Sequence record: MZ234018.1
DNA: 64,000 nt
Source of the DNA: Escherichia phage vB_EcoM-101117BS1
Strand: one strand, 5' to 3'
The position numbers and the translations under genes are program-made. Under the pieces are notes generated by a model. It had not been told where the DNA came from and ran no database searches. It saw only the letters and a list, made by a program, of their open reading frames with translations. Of this stretch, positions 38,001 through 48,308 are shown in pieces (position 1 is the first letter of the stretch; each line of letters starts with the position of its first letter).

Positions 38001-38945
38001 GTTTGGACGAATATTAGAATTAGTCGTTATAATGCGTAAACGTGCTTTACTATCCCCGTCAAACAATCTCCACAATTTCTCATTATCATCAAACATCAAG
38101 AAACCGTCAATCGATGTACGGCCTTCAATGGAATGAGTTCCAACTTCTTGTACTGAAGTCGTTTCATCGTATGTAGTAACAATTGTATGATAAAGTGGAT
38201 TCAGTTTATCTAAATCAACGAAATTAATAATATCGCCATGATTAGCAAATCTTGGAAGTTTAACATTAATTGGTGCAGCAGAAGTAAATCTACGTACGAT
38301 AAAATCGTTGGATTGCGCTTGATAAGTATTCGCTGGTGTTACAACTATAGCTTCTCTACTATAATCAGCAACATACATTTGCCACAGACGATTACTAAAA
38401 ATTAAAACTAGCTGTGACTTTGGATGAGTCATTAGTACTGAACGTACTTGTTCACCTCTGAAGTTTACAATACTTTGCACTGGAGCTACAATTAAAACTT
38501 GATTAACTCCAGGTTTTCCTCCAATATCTTGGAGAACGATAGTATCACCGTCAATTGGGGTAGATGGTAAAGTAAATGTAATATCATTACCAGCTGCAGT
38601 GTTAACCGAAATAGCTTCACCAGATTTTAATTGATATGAACCAGATGAGACTGTAATCCAGTTAGCATCGGTACGTAATGCTCTCCAGCGTCCGCTATTA
38701 AAAGCTCCTGCCGGTTTTGAAATATCATTTATAGCAGCCCAAAAGCGGTTATCATAAATGATTACAAAATCTTTTAAATATCCACGAGTTGGATCGTATT
38801 GTTGAACTGTGTTTTCTTGAATTAGGTAATCAACGTTAACACCGTCAGTTCCTACGGCACGATCAGCTAAAGCTACGTTGATTATTTTATCACCACCTGC
38901 GTCCAGACCATCTTCTGCTCTGAACTTTCTTTTAATCTCGGCCAT
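35076..38945 (-). CDS. 34: gp34, long tail-fibre proximal subunit
   Basis: 1289 aa; repeated TPKKL/ATETRRG-type fibre motifs. Confidence 0.9.
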   Translation of the reverse strand: MAEIKRKFRAEDGLDAGGDKIINVALADRAVGTDGVNVDYLIQENTVQQYDPTRGYLKDFVIIYDNRFWAAINDISKPAGAFNSGRWRALRTDANWITVSSGSYQLKSGEAISVNTAAGNDITFTLPSTPIDGDTIVLQDIGGKPGVNQVLIVAPVQSIVNFRGEQVRSVLMTHPKSQLVLIFSNRLWQMYVADYSREAIVVTPANTYQAQSNDFIVRRFTSAAPINVKLPRFANHGDIINFVDLDKLNPLYHTIVTTYDETTSVQEVGTHSIEGRTSIDGFLMFDDNEKLWRLFDGDSKARLRIITTNSNIRPNEEVMVFGANNGTTQTIELQLPTDISVGDTVKISMNYMRKGQTVKIKAAGEDKIASSVQLLQFPKRSEYPPEAEWVTVQELVFNGETNYVPVLELAYIEDSDGKYWVVQQNVPTVERVDSLNDSTRARLGVIALATQAQANVDLENSPQKELAITPETLANRTATETRRGIARIATTAQVNQNTTFSFADDLIITPKKLNERTATETRRGVAEIATQQETNTGTDDTTIITPKKLQARQGSESLSGIVTFVSTAGATPASSRELNGTNVYNKNTNNLVVSPKALDQYKATPTQQGAVILAVESEVIAGQSQEGWANAVVTPETLHKKTSTDGRIGLIEIATQSEVNTGTDYTRAVTPKTLNDRRATESLSGIAEIATQVEFDAGVDDTRISTPLKIKTRFNSTDRTSVVALSGLVESGTLWDHYTLNILEANETQRGTLRVATQVEAAAGTLDNVLITPKKLLGTKSTESQEGVIKVATQSETVTGTSANTAVSPKNLKWIVQSEPTWAATTAIRGFVKTSSGSITFVGNDTVGSTQDLELYEKNSYAVSPYELNRVLANYLPLKAKAVDSNLLDGLDSSQFIRRDIAQTVNGSLTLTQQTNLSAPLVSSSTAAFGGSVSANSTLTISNTGTATRLIFEKGPQTGTNPAQTMTIRVWGNQFGGGSDTTRSTVFEVGDETSNHFYSQRNKAGNITFSINGTVMPINVNASGSLNANGVATFGSSVTANGEFISKSANAFRAINGDYGFFIRNDGGSTYFMLTASGDQTGGFNGLRPLSINNQSGQVTIGESLIIAKGATINSGGLTVNSRIRSQGTKTSDLYTRAPTSDTVGFWSIDINDSATYNQFPGYFKMVEKTNEVTGLPYLERGEEVKSPGTLTQFGNTLDSLYQDWITYPTTPDARTTRWTRTWQKTKNSWSSFVQVFDGGNPPQPSDIGALPSDNATMGNLTIRDFLRIGNVRIIPDPVNKTVKFEWVE

Positions 38946-38979
38946 TCTCCCGGGCTCCTATTGTGTTTTCAATAATAAG

Positions 38980-38987
38980 TATTTATA
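38980..38987 (-). promoter_or_regulatory. late promoter (TATAAATA) for gene 34
   Basis: TATAAATA on the minus strand about 35 bp upstream of the gene 34 ATG. Confidence 0.55.
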
Positions 38988-38990
38988 CTT

Positions 38991-39020
38991 GTTTACTTTA
39001 AGATTCGGATGGTATATAAT
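38991..39020 (+). promoter_or_regulatory. phage early promoter for rnh (divergent from the gene 34 late promoter)
   Basis: GTTTAC 38991-38996, 18-bp spacer, TATAAT 39015-39020. Confidence 0.6.
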
Positions 39021-39049
39021 AGAAATCTCACTAATTGAACGAGGTTCAT

Positions 39050-39967
39050 ATGGATTTAGAAATGATGCTGGATGAAGATTACAAAGAAGGAATCTGCTTA
39101 ATTGACTTTAGTCAAATTGCGCTTTCAACTGCTTTGGTAAACTTCCCAGATAAAGAAAAAATTAATTTATCAATGGTTCGTCATTTGATATTGAACTCAA
39201 TTAAGTTTAATGTTAAAAAAGCAAAAACGCTTGGATACACTAAAATTGTACTGTGTATTGATAACGCGAAATCTGGATACTGGCGTCGTGATTTTGCTTA
39301 CTATTACAAGAAAAACCGTGGAAAAGCGCGAGAAGAATCTACTTGGGACTGGGAAGGTTATTTTGAATCCAGCCATAAAGTTATAGATGAATTGAAAGCT
39401 TATATGCCATACATTGTTATGGATATTGATAAGTATGAAGCAGATGACCACATTGCTGTTCTTGTTAAAAAGTTCTCTTTAGAAGGACACAAGATTTTAA
39501 TCATTTCATCTGATGGTGACTTTACTCAACTTCACAAATATCCAAATGTTAAGCAATGGTCACCGATGCATAAGAAATGGGTTAAAATTAAAAGCGGTTC
39601 TGCTGAAATTGACTGTATGACTAAAATCCTTAAAGGCGACAAAAAGGATAACGTTGCTTCAGTTAAAGTACGATCTGACTTTTGGTTTACCAGAGTTGAA
39701 GGTGAACGAACTCCTTCAATGAAAACTTCAATCGTTGAAGCTATTGCTAATGACCGTGAGCAAGCTAAGGTGCTTCTCACAGAATCTGAATATAATCGTT
39801 ATAAAGAAAATTTAGTTCTAATTGATTTTGATTATATTCCTGATAATATTGCTTCAAACATTGTGAATTACTATAATTCATATAAATTACCACCGCGTGG
39901 CAAAATTTATTCATATTTTGTAAAAGCGGGTCTTTCTAAATTAACTAATAGCATTAATGAATTTTGA
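39050..39967 (+). CDS. rnh: RNase H (FEN-type 5'-3' exonuclease)
   Basis: 305 aa from ATG 39050 (MDLEMMLDEDYKEGICLIDFSQ...); ORF-track start 39035 is a TTG. Confidence 0.9.
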   Translation: MDLEMMLDEDYKEGICLIDFSQIALSTALVNFPDKEKINLSMVRHLILNSIKFNVKKAKTLGYTKIVLCIDNAKSGYWRRDFAYYYKKNRGKAREESTWDWEGYFESSHKVIDELKAYMPYIVMDIDKYEADDHIAVLVKKFSLEGHKILIISSDGDFTQLHKYPNVKQWSPMHKKWVKIKSGSAEIDCMTKILKGDKKDNVASVKVRSDFWFTRVEGERTPSMKTSIVEAIANDREQAKVLLTESEYNRYKENLVLIDFDYIPDNIASNIVNYYNSYKLPPRGKIYSYFVKAGLSKLTNSINEF

Positions 39968-39975
39968 GGTGAATA

Positions 39976-40245
39976 ATGGCTAAAAAAGAAATGGTTGAAT
40001 TTGATGAAGCTATCCATGGCGAAGACTTGGCTAAATTTATTAAAGAAGCATCTGATCATAAACTGAAAATTTCCGGTTATAATGAACTGATTAAAGATAT
40101 TCGAATTCGTGCCAAAGATGAACTTGGTGTTGATGGTAAGATGTTTAATCGTCTATTAGCTTTGTATCATAAAGATAACCGTGATGTGTTTGAAGCTGAA
40201 ACTGAAGAGGTAGTTGAACTTTATGACACAGTTTTCTCTAAATGA
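39976..40245 (+). CDS. dsbA: DsbA, dsDNA-binding late-transcription protein
   Basis: 89 aa; position between rnh and 33. Confidence 0.75.
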   Translation: MAKKEMVEFDEAIHGEDLAKFIKEASDHKLKISGYNELIKDIRIRAKDELGVDGKMFNRLLALYHKDNRDVFEAETEEVVELYDTVFSK

Positions 40246-40561
40246 TATTCGCCCGGTCGATGAGACCGGTCTTTCAGAAAAAGAACTTTCAATTAAGAAA
40301 GAAAAGGATGAAATAGCAAAGCTTCTTGATCGTCAAGAAAATGGATTTATTATTGAAAAAATGGTAGAAGAGTTTGGAATGAGTTATCTTGAAGCTACGA
40401 CAGCATTCTTGGAAGAAAATTCTATTCCTGAAACTCAATTTGCTAAATTTATTCCTTCGGGTATAATTGAAAAAATTCAGTCAGAAGCTATTGACGAAAA
40501 TCTTTTACGTCCTTCTGTTGTTCGTTGTGAAAAAACTAATACATTAGATTTTCTACTATGA
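40223..40561 (+). CDS. 33: gp33, late-transcription co-activator
   Basis: 112 aa from ATG 40223; ORF-track start 40214 is a TTG. Confidence 0.8.
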   Translation: MTQFSLNDIRPVDETGLSEKELSIKKEKDEIAKLLDRQENGFIIEKMVEEFGMSYLEATTAFLEENSIPETQFAKFIPSGIIEKIQSEAIDENLLRPSVVRCEKTNTLDFLL

Positions 40562-41211
40562 TTAAACTCCGCATGCCTGCTGGTGGTGAAAGATACATTG
40601 ATGGTAAATCAGTTTATAAATTATACTTAATGATAAAACAGCATATGAATGGAAAGTATGATGTTATTAAGTATAATTGGTGCATGCGGGTGTCTGATGC
40701 CGCTTATCAAAAGCGAAGGGATAAGTATTTTTTCCAGAAGTTATCAGAAAAATATAAATTAAAGGAACTTGCTTTAATCTTTATAAGTAATTTGGTTGCT
40801 AACCAAGATGCTTGGATTGGTGACATCTCTGACGCTGATGCACTTGTGTTTTATCGTGAATATATCGGACGCTTAAAGCAAATTAAATTTAAGTTTGAAG
40901 AAGATATTCGCAACATTTATTATTTTAGTAAAAAAGTTGAAGTTTCTGCTTTTAAAGAAATCTTTGAATATAATCCAAAGGTTCAGTCAAGTTATATTTT
41001 TAAACTACTTCAATCGAATATAATTTCGTTTGAGACGTTTATCTTGCTTGATTCGTTTTTAAATATAATCGATAAACATGATGAACAGACTGATAATTTA
41101 GTCTGGAATAATTATTCTATAAAGTTAAAGGCTTATAGAAAAATTTTAAATATTGATTCACAGGAAGCTAAAAAAGTTTTTATTGAAACTGTGAAATCTT
41201 GTAAGTATTAA
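40558..41211 (+). CDS. 59: gp59 helicase loader
   Basis: 217 aa; MIKLRMPAGGERYIDGKSVYKLYLMIKQHMNGKYDVIKYNWCMRVSDAAYQKRRDKYFFQ. Confidence 0.9.
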   Translation: MIKLRMPAGGERYIDGKSVYKLYLMIKQHMNGKYDVIKYNWCMRVSDAAYQKRRDKYFFQKLSEKYKLKELALIFISNLVANQDAWIGDISDADALVFYREYIGRLKQIKFKFEEDIRNIYYFSKKVEVSAFKEIFEYNPKVQSSYIFKLLQSNIISFETFILLDSFLNIIDKHDEQTDNLVWNNYSIKLKAYRKILNIDSQEAKKVFIETVKSCKY

Positions 41212-41236
41212 TTGCTTATTATAAATAGATTATAAT
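41212..41236 (+). promoter_or_regulatory. overlapping middle (MotA box TTGCTTAT + TATAAT) and late (TATAAATA 41220-41227) promoters for gene 32
   Basis: MotA box 41212-41219, TATAAT 41231-41236, TATAAATA 41220-41227. Confidence 0.55.
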
Positions 41237-41309
41237 TATCTCACTGACCAGCTATGAGGTCATACATCGTCATAGCACCAACTGTTAATTAAATTAAAAG
41301 GAAATAAAA
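41237..41309 (+). promoter_or_regulatory. gene 32 mRNA leader (autogenous translational operator region)
   Basis: A/U-rich unstructured leader ending aaaggaaataaaaATG, preceded by a structured segment. Confidence 0.5.
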
Positions 41310-42218
41310 ATGTTTAAACGTAAATCTACTGCTGAACTCGCTGCACAAATGGCTAAACTGGCTGGAAATAAAGGTGGTTTTTCTTCTGAAGATAAAGGCG
41401 AGTGGAAACTGAAACTCGATAATGCGGGTAACGGTCAAGCAGTAATTCGTTTTCTTCCGTCTAAAAATGATGAACAAGCACCATTCGCAATTCTTGTAAA
41501 TCACGGTTTCAAGAAAAATGGTAAATGGTATATTGAAAACTGTTCATCTACCCACGGTGATTACGATTCTTGCCCAGTATGTCAGTACATCAGTAAAAAT
41601 GATTTGTACAACACTGACAATAAAGAGTACAGTCTTGTTAAACGTAAAACTTCTTATTGGGCTAATATTCTTGTTGTAAAAGACCCAGCTGCTCCAGAAA
41701 ATGAAGGTAAAGTATTTAAATATCGTTTCGGTAAGAAAATCTGGGATAAAATCAACGCGATGATTGCGGTTGATGTTGAAATGGGTGAAACTCCGGTTGA
41801 TGTAACTTGTCCGTGGGAAGGTGCTAACTTTGTACTGAAAGTTAAACAGGTTTCTGGATTTAGTAACTACGACGAATCTAAATTCCTGAATCAATCTGCG
41901 ATTCCAAACATTGACGATGAATCTTTCCAGAAAGAACTGTTCGAACAAATGGTTGACCTTTCTGAAATGACTTCTAAAGATAAATTCAAATCGTTTGAAG
42001 AACTGAGCACTAAATTCGGTCAAGTCATGGGAACTGCTGTGATGGGCGGTGCCGCTGCAACTGCTGCTAAGAAAGCTGATAAAGTTGCTGATGATTTGGA
42101 TGCATTCAATGTTGATGACTTCAATACAAAAACTGAAGATGATTTTATGAGCTCAAGCTCTGGCAGTTCATCTAGTGCTGATGACACGGACCTAGATGAC
42201 CTTTTGAATGACCTTTAA
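41310..42218 (+). CDS. 32: gp32 single-stranded DNA-binding protein
   Basis: 302 aa; zinc site C-x8-H...C-x2-C ([14 protein letters not shown]); acidic C-terminus. Confidence 0.95.
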   Translation: MFKRKSTAELAAQMAKLAGNKGGFSSEDKGEWKLKLDNAGNGQAVIRFLPSKNDEQAPFAILVNHGFKKNGKWYIENCSSTHGDYDSCPVCQYISKNDLYNTDNKEYSLVKRKTSYWANILVVKDPAAPENEGKVFKYRFGKKIWDKINAMIAVDVEMGETPVDVTCPWEGANFVLKVKQVSGFSNYDESKFLNQSAIPNIDDESFQKELFEQMVDLSEMTSKDKFKSFEELSTKFGQVMGTAVMGGAAATAAKKADKVADDLDAFNVDDFNTKTEDDFMSSSSGSSSSADDTDLDDLLNDL

Positions 42219-42240
42219 TAGATTATATTACTAATTAATT

Positions 42241-42269
42241 GGGGACCCTAGAGGTCCCCTTTTTTTATT
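42241..42269 (+). terminator. intrinsic terminator after gene 32
   Basis: GGGGACC-CTAGA-GGTCCCC followed by TTTTTTT. Confidence 0.75.
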
Positions 42270-42290
42270 TCAAAAATTTTTCACAAAACG

Positions 42291-42320
42291 GTTTACATTC
42301 TTGTCCTTCCATGGTACTAT
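42291..42320 (+). promoter_or_regulatory. early promoter within a repeated promoter/leader cassette
   Basis: tttttcacaaaacGGTTTACA...TGGTACTATACAACTATC. Confidence 0.6.
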
Positions 42321-42363
42321 ACAACTATCGGCAATACTGCTGATGATTAAAGAGGAAAATAAT

Positions 42364-42594
42364 ATGGCTAAAGTTGATATTGACATCGTTGATTTTGAAT
42401 ATATTGAAGAGATTATTCGTAATCGTTATCCTGAACTTAGTATCACAAGTATTCATGATGATCCCAATTATTGCAATTTTTCTATTGTCATTGAAGGTCC
42501 TCTTGAAGACCTTACCCGCTTTATGACTAATGAATATTGTGATGGCATGGATTCTGAAGACGCAGAATTTTACATGGGACTGATTGAACAATAA
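42364..42594 (+). CDS. hypothetical acidic protein (76 aa)
   Basis: ATG 42364; ORF-track start 42301 is a TTG inside the promoter. Confidence 0.5.
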   Translation: MAKVDIDIVDFEYIEEIIRNRYPELSITSIHDDPNYCNFSIVIEGPLEDLTRFMTNEYCDGMDSEDAEFYMGLIEQ

Positions 42595-42601
42595 TTATCA
42601 A

Positions 42602-42620
42602 GGGGCTATTTGATAGCCCC
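42602..42620 (+). terminator. hairpin without T-run (weak terminator or processing site)
   Basis: GGGGCTA-TTTGA-TAGCCCC. Confidence 0.35.
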
Positions 42621-42640
42621 GTTAAAATGAGGAAATCAAA

Positions 42641-43027
42641 ATGGAAGTTGGAAAAACTTATATCATTAACCCTTTATTTAAAAATGACTTTGCTAACGAG
42701 TGCCGTTGCAATGTGATGATGCTAAATTTAATAGAGAAGCACGGACCTAGTTTTGTTGTAGATGAAATGGAAAGTGATGATTGTGCTGGTGAATGTGTGG
42801 TACGTGTAACTATGGAAGATGGCACTGAATACATGGCGGGTGGCCCACTTGAGACGTATTTTGAGATTTACTCTGAAGAATTCAAATACTTTACTGAGGT
42901 AACTTTAGAAAAGCCTCAATCCGCTAATGAAGGTATAGTTTCTGGCGTAACAAAAATTCACTGCATTGTTGACGAAAACAATGTAGATGAAATCATTGAA
43001 CTTTTGCGAAAAACTTTCAAAAAGTAG
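42641..43027 (+). CDS. hypothetical protein (128 aa)
   Basis: ATG with GAGGAAA RBS. Confidence 0.55.
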   Translation: MEVGKTYIINPLFKNDFANECRCNVMMLNLIEKHGPSFVVDEMESDDCAGECVVRVTMEDGTEYMAGGPLETYFEIYSEEFKYFTEVTLEKPQSANEGIVSGVTKIHCIVDENNVDEIIELLRKTFKK

Positions 43028-43056
43028 TTTACAACGGGCTATGGTAATGATACTAT
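43027..43056 (+). promoter_or_regulatory. phage early promoter
   Basis: GTTTAC 43027-43032, 18-bp spacer, TACTAT. Confidence 0.5.
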
Positions 43057-43082
43057 AGCCTTATCAACTTGAGGAGAATAAA

Positions 43083-43325
43083 ATGAGATTACAACGTCAG
43101 AGCATCAAAGATTCGGAAGTTAGAGGTAAATGGTATTTTAATATCATCGGTAAAGATTCTGAACTTGTTGAAAAAGCTGAACATCTTTTACGTGATATGG
43201 GGTGGGAAGATGAATGCGATGGATGTCCTCTTTATGAAGACGGAGAAAGCGCAGGATTCTGGATTTACCATTCTGACGTTGAACAGTTTAAAGCTGATTG
43301 GAAAATTGTGAAAAAGTCTGTTTAA
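43083..43325 (+). CDS. hypothetical protein (80 aa)
   Basis: GAGGAGAATAAA RBS. Confidence 0.55.
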   Translation: MRLQRQSIKDSEVRGKWYFNIIGKDSELVEKAEHLLRDMGWEDECDGCPLYEDGESAGFWIYHSDVEQFKADWKIVKKSV

Positions 43326-43335
43326 GGAAAATAAT

Positions 43336-44162
<827 letters not shown>

Positions 44163-44181
44163 AATAACGCGTGGCGGAAAT

Positions 44182-44529
44182 ATGAATTTTAATTATTACC
44201 CTATTCTATTAGAAAAAGATGAGAAACAGCCAAAGTGGCAGGGTCCTCAGTTTATTAAAGGCGTTTATCAATTAGTAGTTCCTAAAGACAAGATTTATAG
44301 TAGTTGTTTCACTGAATCCGCTTGCAGTATTTTCGGTAATAGTTCTCCGTATTGGAATTTTGACATAAAGCTGGATAGAAATATTGATATTTGGTTGAAA
44401 GCTATGGATATTGGTAATATCACGTTTGATGAGAATAATTATCATATTATTGGTCGTTTTTCCAAACGCGGTAAAGAATTATATTTCACACCTGAAATTG
44501 AGAGAAAATTTGATGCTAAACCGTATTGA
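44182..44529 (+). CDS. hypothetical protein (115 aa)
   Basis: Between frd and td. Confidence 0.55.
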   Translation: MNFNYYPILLEKDEKQPKWQGPQFIKGVYQLVVPKDKIYSSCFTESACSIFGNSSPYWNFDIKLDRNIDIWLKAMDIGNITFDENNYHIIGRFSKRGKELYFTPEIERKFDAKPY

Positions 44530-44574
44530 TTATTTAGCTTCATAAAATGTATTATAATTTATATAAGGTACTAA

Positions 44575-45435
44575 ATGAAACAATACCAAGATTTAATTAA
44601 AGACATTTTTGAAAATGGCTATGAAACCGATGACCGAACGGGCACAGGAACAATTGCTCTGTTCGGTACTAAATTGCGTTGGGATTTAACCAAAGGTTTT
44701 CCTGCAGTAACAACTAAGAAGCTCGCCTGGAATGCATGCATTGCTGAGCTAATATGGTTTTTATCAGGAAGCACAAATGTTAATGATTTACGATTAATTC
44801 AACACGATTCGTTAATCCAAGGCAAAACAGTTTGGGATGAAAATTACGAAAATCAGGCAAAAGATTTAGGATACCATAGCGGTGAACTTGGTCCAATTTA
44901 TGGAAAACAGTGGCGTGATTTTGGCGGTGTAGACCAAATTATAGAAGTTGTTGATCGTATTAAAAAACTGCCAAATGATAGGCGTCAAATTGTTTCTGCG
45001 TGGAATCCAGCTGAACTTAAATATATGGCATTACCTCCTTGTCATATGTTCTATCAGTTTAATGTGCGTAATGGCTATTTAGATTTGCAGTGGTATCAAC
45101 GTTCGGTAGATGTTTTCCTCGGTCTTCCATTTAATATTGCATCATATGCTACGTTAGTTCATATTGTAGCTAAGATGTGTAATCTTATTCCGGGAGATTT
45201 GATATTTTCTGGTGGTAATACTCATATCTATATGAATCACGTAGAACAATGTAAAGAAATTTTGCGTCGTGAACCTATGGATTTATGCGAATTACAATTA
45301 AAATTTCCAGATGAATTTGATGAATGGGACACAGAATCGCAGGTATTTTGGTTGAGTCAATTTGCAAAGCCTCATAATTTTGTTCTTAACAACTATGTAT
45401 CTCATCTGCCAATTAAAGGAAAAATGGCGGTATAA
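44575..45435 (+). CDS. td: thymidylate synthase, uninterrupted
   Basis: 286 aa in one ORF; active-site LPPCHMFYQF. Confidence 0.95.
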   Translation: MKQYQDLIKDIFENGYETDDRTGTGTIALFGTKLRWDLTKGFPAVTTKKLAWNACIAELIWFLSGSTNVNDLRLIQHDSLIQGKTVWDENYENQAKDLGYHSGELGPIYGKQWRDFGGVDQIIEVVDRIKKLPNDRRQIVSAWNPAELKYMALPPCHMFYQFNVRNGYLDLQWYQRSVDVFLGLPFNIASYATLVHIVAKMCNLIPGDLIFSGGNTHIYMNHVEQCKEILRREPMDLCELQLKFPDEFDEWDTESQVFWLSQFAKPHNFVLNNYVSHLPIKGKMAV

Positions 45436-45458
45436 TTTTAATTTAATTGAGAGGATAT

Positions 45459-45722
45459 ATGATTTTACGATTTAAAGATACTTCTGGCGTTGTTCTTTTT
45501 ACACTTCCTAACCCAAGCGAGTTAGAAGTTCCAGGACCAGAACAGCCTATTACCATTTATGGTAAAAAATACTATACTCATAAAATGACTCGTGAGTATT
45601 TTGATAATAAAATTTCCACAGTTAAAACTTCTTCTGACTGTTACTACGATATTACTGTTTTAACGGAAAAACAATATGACGAATTATTCCAGCGTGGGCC
45701 GTCTATGCCGGGTAGTGAATAA
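45459..45722 (+). CDS. hypothetical protein (87 aa)
   Basis: ATG 45459 after GAGAGGA; ORF-track start 45447 is a TTG. Confidence 0.5.
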
Positions 45723-46002
45723 ATACAAATCCGACTTTGATGTTAATATTCACCGCGGTACATTTTGGGGAAATTACGTCGGTAAAGATGCTGGCAGCCG
45801 GGAGGCTGCCATTGAATTATTCAAAAAAGATTTTATACGTCGAATTAAATCCGGAGAAATAACTAAAGCACATTTAGAGCCTTTACGTGGAATGAGGCTA
45901 GGATGCACATGTAAACCAAAGCCGTGTCATGGTGATATAATAGCTCATATAGTTAACCGATTGTTTAAAGACGATTTTCAAGTTGAGGACTTATGCAATT
46001 AA
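45676..46002 (+). CDS. hypothetical protein with C-x-C-x4-C-H-G-D motif (108 aa)
   Basis: [17 protein letters not shown] near the C-terminus; overlaps neighbours at both ends. Confidence 0.45.
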
Positions 46003-48257
46003 TTAATGTTATCAAAAGTAGTGGTGTTTCTCAGAGCTTTGACCCACAAAAAATTATTAAAGTTTTATCTTGGGCAGCTGAAGGAACATCGGTAGATCCT
46101 TATGAATTATATGAAAATATTAAATCTTATCTCCGTGATGGAATGACAACTGATGATATTCAGACTATTGTCATTAAGGCCGCTGCGAATTCTATTTCGG
46201 TTGAAGAGCCTGATTATCAATATGTAGCTGCACGTTGTCTAATGTTCGCTCTTCGTAAGCATGTTTATGGGCAGTATGAACCACGTTCATTTATTGACCA
46301 TATTTCTTACTGTGTAAATGAAGGTAAATACGACCCTGAATTATTGTCAAAATATTCAGCAGAAGAAATTACATTTTTAGAATCAAAAATTAAGCACGAG
46401 CGGGATATGGAATTTACTTATTCCGGGGCGATGCAATTAAAAGAAAAATATCTAGTTAAAGATAAAACCACTGGTCAAATTTATGAAACTCCACAGTTTG
46501 CATTTATGACTATTGGAATGGCATTGCATCAAGATGAACCTGTTGATAGATTAAAACACGTTATCCGTTTTTATGAAGCAGTATCTACTCGACAGATTTC
46601 ATTGCCAACTCCTATTATGGCTGGTTGCCGTACTCCGACTCGACAGTTTAGTTCATGTGTTGTTATTGAGGCAGGTGATTCATTAAAGTCTATCAATAAG
46701 GCTTCCGCTTCAATTGTTGAATATATCTCTAAACGCGCTGGAATTGGTATTAACGTTGGTATGATTCGTGCTGAAGGTTCTAAGATTGGCATGGGTGAAG
46801 TACGCCATACCGGTGTTATTCCTTTTTGGAAACATTTTCAGACTGCTGTTAAATCATGCTCACAGGGTGGAATTCGTGGCGGCGCTGCTACTGCTTATTA
46901 TCCTATTTGGCATTTGGAAGTTGAAAATCTTCTCGTTTTGAAAAATAACAAAGGTGTAGAAGAAAACCGCATTCGTCATATGGATTATGGTGTTCAACTG
47001 AATGATCTAATGATGGAACGTTTTGGAAAGAACGATTACATTACTTTGTTCAGTCCACATGAAATGGGTGGAGAGCTTTATTATTCTTATTTTAAAGACC
47101 AAGACCGTTTCCGTGAATTATACGAAGCAGCAGAAAAAGACCCTAATATTCGTAAAAAGCGCATTAAAGCCCGTGAACTATTTGAATTGCTCATGACTGA
47201 ACGCTCAGGAACAGCAAGGATTTATGTGCAGTTCATTGATAATACGAATAACTATACTCCGTTTATTCGTGAAAAGGCACCTATTCGTCAGAGTAACTTG
47301 TGCTGTGAAATTGCTATTCCAACAAATGATGTGAATAGCCCTGATGCTGAAATTGGATTGTGCACGTTATCTGCATTTGTGTTGGATAACTTCGATTGGC
47401 AAGACCAAGATAAAATTAATGAATTAGCAGAAGTTCAAGTTCGTGCTCTTGATAATCTTTTGGATTACCAAGGATATCCAGTTCCTGAAGCAGAAAAAGC
47501 TAAAAAGCGTCGAAACCTTGGTGTAGGTGTTACTAACTATGCAGCTTGGCTGGCAAGTAACTTTGCTTCTTATGAAGATGCTAACGATTTAACACATGAA
47601 CTATTTGAGAGATTACAGTATGGACTCATTAAAGCATCCATTAAGCTCGCCAAAGAAAAAGGACCTTGTGAATATTATTCAGACACTCGTTGGTCTCGAG
47701 GCGAATTACCTATCGACTGGTACAATAAAAAGATTGACCAAATCGCAGCTCCAAAATACGTTTGTGACTGGTCGTCGCTGCGGGAAGACCTTAAGCTCTT
47801 TGGCATCCGTAATAGCACATTATCAGCACTTATGCCATGTGAGTCATCTTCCCAAGTTTCTAACAGTACAAACGGTATCGAGCCTCCACGTGGACCAGTC
47901 TCTGTTAAAGAATCAAAAGAGGGCTCCTTTAATCAAGTCGTGCCCAATATTGAGCATAACATAGACCTCTATGATTATACATGGAAATTAGCTAAGAAAG
48001 GTAATAAACCTTATCTTACGCAGGTAGCTATTATGCTGAAATGGGTATGTCAATCAGCTTCAGCGAATACATATTATGACCCACAGATTTTTCCAAAAGG
48101 AAAGGTTCCAATGTCAATAATGATTGATGACCTTTTGTATTTTTGGTATTTTGGCGGAAAAAATTTCTATTATCATAATACCCGTGATGGTTCTGGTACT
48201 GATGATTATGAAATAGAAACTCCAAAAGCTGAAGATTGTTCATCCTGTAAATTATGA
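45993..48257 (+). CDS. nrdA: ribonucleotide reductase large subunit
   Basis: 754 aa; class I RNR motifs including NLCCEIAIP. Confidence 0.95.
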   Translation: MQLINVIKSSGVSQSFDPQKIIKVLSWAAEGTSVDPYELYENIKSYLRDGMTTDDIQTIVIKAAANSISVEEPDYQYVAARCLMFALRKHVYGQYEPRSFIDHISYCVNEGKYDPELLSKYSAEEITFLESKIKHERDMEFTYSGAMQLKEKYLVKDKTTGQIYETPQFAFMTIGMALHQDEPVDRLKHVIRFYEAVSTRQISLPTPIMAGCRTPTRQFSSCVVIEAGDSLKSINKASASIVEYISKRAGIGINVGMIRAEGSKIGMGEVRHTGVIPFWKHFQTAVKSCSQGGIRGGAATAYYPIWHLEVENLLVLKNNKGVEENRIRHMDYGVQLNDLMMERFGKNDYITLFSPHEMGGELYYSYFKDQDRFRELYEAAEKDPNIRKKRIKARELFELLMTERSGTARIYVQFIDNTNNYTPFIREKAPIRQSNLCCEIAIPTNDVNSPDAEIGLCTLSAFVLDNFDWQDQDKINELAEVQVRALDNLLDYQGYPVPEAEKAKKRRNLGVGVTNYAAWLASNFASYEDANDLTHELFERLQYGLIKASIKLAKEKGPCEYYSDTRWSRGELPIDWYNKKIDQIAAPKYVCDWSSLREDLKLFGIRNSTLSALMPCESSSQVSNSTNGIEPPRGPVSVKESKEGSFNQVVPNIEHNIDLYDYTWKLAKKGNKPYLTQVAIMLKWVCQSASANTYYDPQIFPKGKVPMSIMIDDLLYFWYFGGKNFYYHNTRDGSGTDDYEIETPKAEDCSSCKL

Positions 48258-48308
48258 TATAATTTGACTCACGGACGAGTCACCAACTATTAACTAAGCG
48301 GAAAATTT

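Noticed and set aside
44575-45435. Group I intron in td (and in nrdB, 48309-49487)
   Set aside because: Both ORFs are continuous and full-length, with no intervening non-coding kilobase or intron-encoded endonuclease ORF.
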